A stretch of DNA of 55,312 bases from an uncultured virus (IMG/VR IMGVR_UViG_3300031525_000003) (Duplodnaviria; Heunggongvirae; Uroviricota; Caudoviricetes), in IMG/VR virus record IMGVR_UViG_3300031525_000003. One strand, given 5' to 3'. This document shows positions 53,690 to 55,312 of the stretch, in pieces. Made by a program: the position numbers and the translations under genes. The notes under the pieces were generated by a model. The model saw only the letters and a list, made by a program, of their open reading frames with translations. It was not told the origin of the DNA and did no database searches. How positions within the stretch are numbered: position 1 is the stretch's first letter; every line of letters starts with the position of its first letter.

Positions 53690-54214
53690 CTAGTAGTACT
53701 TCACCCGCGGCAGGTAGTAGACCGCGGGGATCGAGCGAACACCCAGCTGGTAGTACCTGTGCAGACGGTGCGAGCCGTCTTGCAGCACCTCGAAGCCGTT
53801 GTCCGTATCGAGGATGACCGGCCACATGTTTCGCGCCGTGTGCTTCGGCGTGTCGTCGTGCCCCATGTACCAGCGGTGGTATTCGTCGAACGTCTTGAAG
53901 TCCCGACCGATGTCCTCGTCCTTAATGATCGCAGCGGCGAGCGCCGTCATCGGGATCTGCACGAACCCGAAGGGCTTGTCGCCATAGCGTGTTTTCAGGT
54001 ACGGGAGCAGCTCCGGCAGCCTCGTCTTGAGCTGCTTCACGCTCAGATCGGCGGTCCACTCGGGCAACGGCCACGCTTCGCCGTCGATCGCCATGTAGTG
54101 CGCGATCGCGAGCTGCGCCGGCCGAGGCAGATCGGCGTACCGAACTGGCGTCCCTCCGTACTGGCGGATGAGCGCCCAGACGCGGCGATCGGGCTTGTTC
54201 CTTGGCTTGGGCAC
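53690..54214 (-). CDS. ParB/Sulfiredoxin-like domain protein
   Basis: WPVIL...VLQDGSHRL...LG..SIPAV; start chosen as GTG 8 nt after TAGCCT. Confidence 0.65.
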   Translation of the reverse strand: MPKPRNKPDRRVWALIRQYGGTPVRYADLPRPAQLAIAHYMAIDGEAWPLPEWTADLSVKQLKTRLPELLPYLKTRYGDKPFGFVQIPMTALAAAIIKDEDIGRDFKTFDEYHRWYMGHDDTPKHTARNMWPVILDTDNGFEVLQDGSHRLHRYYQLGVRSIPAVYYLPRVKYY

Positions 54215-54297
54215 CTCCTGTGAGGCTACCATGGTCATGGCGCTCCGTGGCGGCATGAACTGGCCTGCGCGGGGCTCGTGGGGCTACACTCATCCTC

Positions 54298-54567
54298 ATG
54301 GCGCGCGCACACAAGGACGTGAACTTCGAGGTGACATCCCCGAACAGGAGCAGCGCGTCGTACAAGACGTTCGCGGAAGCTGCTTCGCAGGCGCTCATGG
54401 CTGCGGCGTCATCCGGGTCCGCCACGCTGGACATCATCGTCTGGAGCGCATCCGGCGCGCGTTGGCTGGGTGGCGACGATGCGGTGGAGCGTTACCGCGA
54501 GGATCCCGATGCGAGCGTTTTCGAGCGCTACCAGATCAAAGTGAACGCGCAGGGCCGCATCTCCTGA
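54298..54567 (+). CDS. hypothetical protein, leaderless start
   Basis: TACACT-N7-ATG; strongly protein-like. Confidence 0.7.
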   Translation: MARAHKDVNFEVTSPNRSSASYKTFAEAASQALMAAASSGSATLDIIVWSASGARWLGGDDAVERYREDPDASVFERYQIKVNAQGRIS

Positions 54568-54573
54568 CGGGCC

Positions 54574-54990
54574 GTGAACGATCCGTACCGCAACGCGGGC
54601 CACGACGTCGAGGAGGCCAAGGAGCACATGGAAGAGTCGTACGGCCGGCGGGTGGCCTACGACGAGAAGCGCACGGAGATGTCCGTAGACGACATCCTGC
54701 GCTGGGACGACTACGGTTCGTGGGGGCAGTGGGAACCCGGCGAGCTATTGGGGCTGTCGCCCACCGGACTGCGCGTGGAGCTGACGAAGTTCCGAGGTCC
54801 CGCGTGGGCCCAGCGGGCGCTTGTCTGGCTGAAGGAATGGGAAGGGATCCCGGCGATCGTCCTCGCATCGACACGGGACGCGAAAGGCATCGCCGATGGC
54901 CGCGGACGCGTCAGCCTGGCCGTCGGGTTTGGCATCGCCCGTCTGCCCGTCGTCGTGCTTCGCGAGAGGCGAGGCGCGCAGTGCCGCTAG
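54574..54990 (+). CDS. ParB/Sulfiredoxin-like domain protein (degenerate)
   Basis: IPAIVL...IADGRGR..LA...G...LPVVV. Confidence 0.55.
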   Translation: MNDPYRNAGHDVEEAKEHMEESYGRRVAYDEKRTEMSVDDILRWDDYGSWGQWEPGELLGLSPTGLRVELTKFRGPAWAQRALVWLKEWEGIPAIVLASTRDAKGIADGRGRVSLAVGFGIARLPVVVLRERRGAQCR

Positions 54991-55220
54991 TCCCGTGTCG
55001 CGTCAATTTCGGGTTCCGCCGGCTCGTGGGCTTCCTTGAACCGACGCGCGCGGGCTCGCTCCCATGCCTCGCAGGCCGCCTTGAAGCATGCCCGGCAGAG
55101 GACCACCTTCGCTTTCTGCGAGGGAGATTCCCGTACTTCCCACCCGTCATCAATCGACCCAGCGCTGGACGCGTCCACGCTGCACCAGTCACACGAGTAG
55201 ATGGTCCGCTCCATGGTCAA
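54987..55220 (-). CDS. small Zn-finger protein
   Basis: AAGGAG upstream; CDWC...LCRAC. Confidence 0.65.
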   Translation of the reverse strand: MTMERTIYSCDWCSVDASSAGSIDDGWEVRESPSQKAKVVLCRACFKAACEAWERARARRFKEAHEPAEPEIDATRD

Positions 55221-55312
55221 ATCTCCTTCGCGCGCAGTTCCCTTACAGTCCGAACGCCGAAAGCCACTCCTCGTTCGGAGCCTTCTTTCGGTCCCCGGTC
55301 ATCCCACCCTTA

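Noticed and set aside
1..55312. tRNA, rRNA, structural/packaging genes, integrase, reverse transcriptase
   Set aside because: None is recognisable by eye. The phage assignment therefore rests on gene organisation and content, not on hallmark genes.

Overview
This is a GC-rich (about two-thirds GC by eye), gene-dense segment that reads as part of a large dsDNA phage or prophage genome. The host may be a myxobacterium-like high-GC bacterium, which is inference only. No capsid, terminase, tail, integrase, rRNA, tRNA or CRISPR array is recognisable. From about 1.2 to 41.5 kb there is one + strand train of roughly 80 mostly small genes, often coupled by ATGA/GTGA overlaps. Many are Cys-rich hypotheticals that reuse a few shuffled micro-domains. 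Recognisable products in that train: DHH-like phosphoesterase, Tad1-like anti-defence sponge, DUF1643, family-4 uracil-DNA glycosylase, a Nudix fusion, ASCH, HAD_SAK phosphatase, two minimal nucleotidyltransferases and KOW/SH3 proteins. An AT-richer non-coding island at 39.8-40.3 kb is bracketed by a symmetrically spaced bipartite inverted repeat and flanked by two genes sharing a winged-helix-like domain. The right part (41.5-55.3 kb) has mixed orientation and many apparently leaderless genes: class II aldolase-fold protein, HNH-RNA ligase fusion, extended sigma-70 factor, multi-HTH/Zn protein, SF2 helicase, GNAT and two ParB/Srx-like proteins. The most notable unexplained structures are (i) a 21-bp dyad TGTnnnAC-N5-GTnnnACA occurring six times over -10 elements, (ii) a 20-bp gene-boundary repeat array at 4.0-5.9 kb, (iii) the bipartite inverted-repeat island, (iv) a shared Ser/Arg-rich 'SRRSSR..GNA' tag on unrelated leaderless proteins, (v) a ~55-aa WGVW domain reused in seven genes, and (vi) 56-bp-periodic GC repeats around a small module. 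All family calls come from motif recognition by eye; no database search was run.
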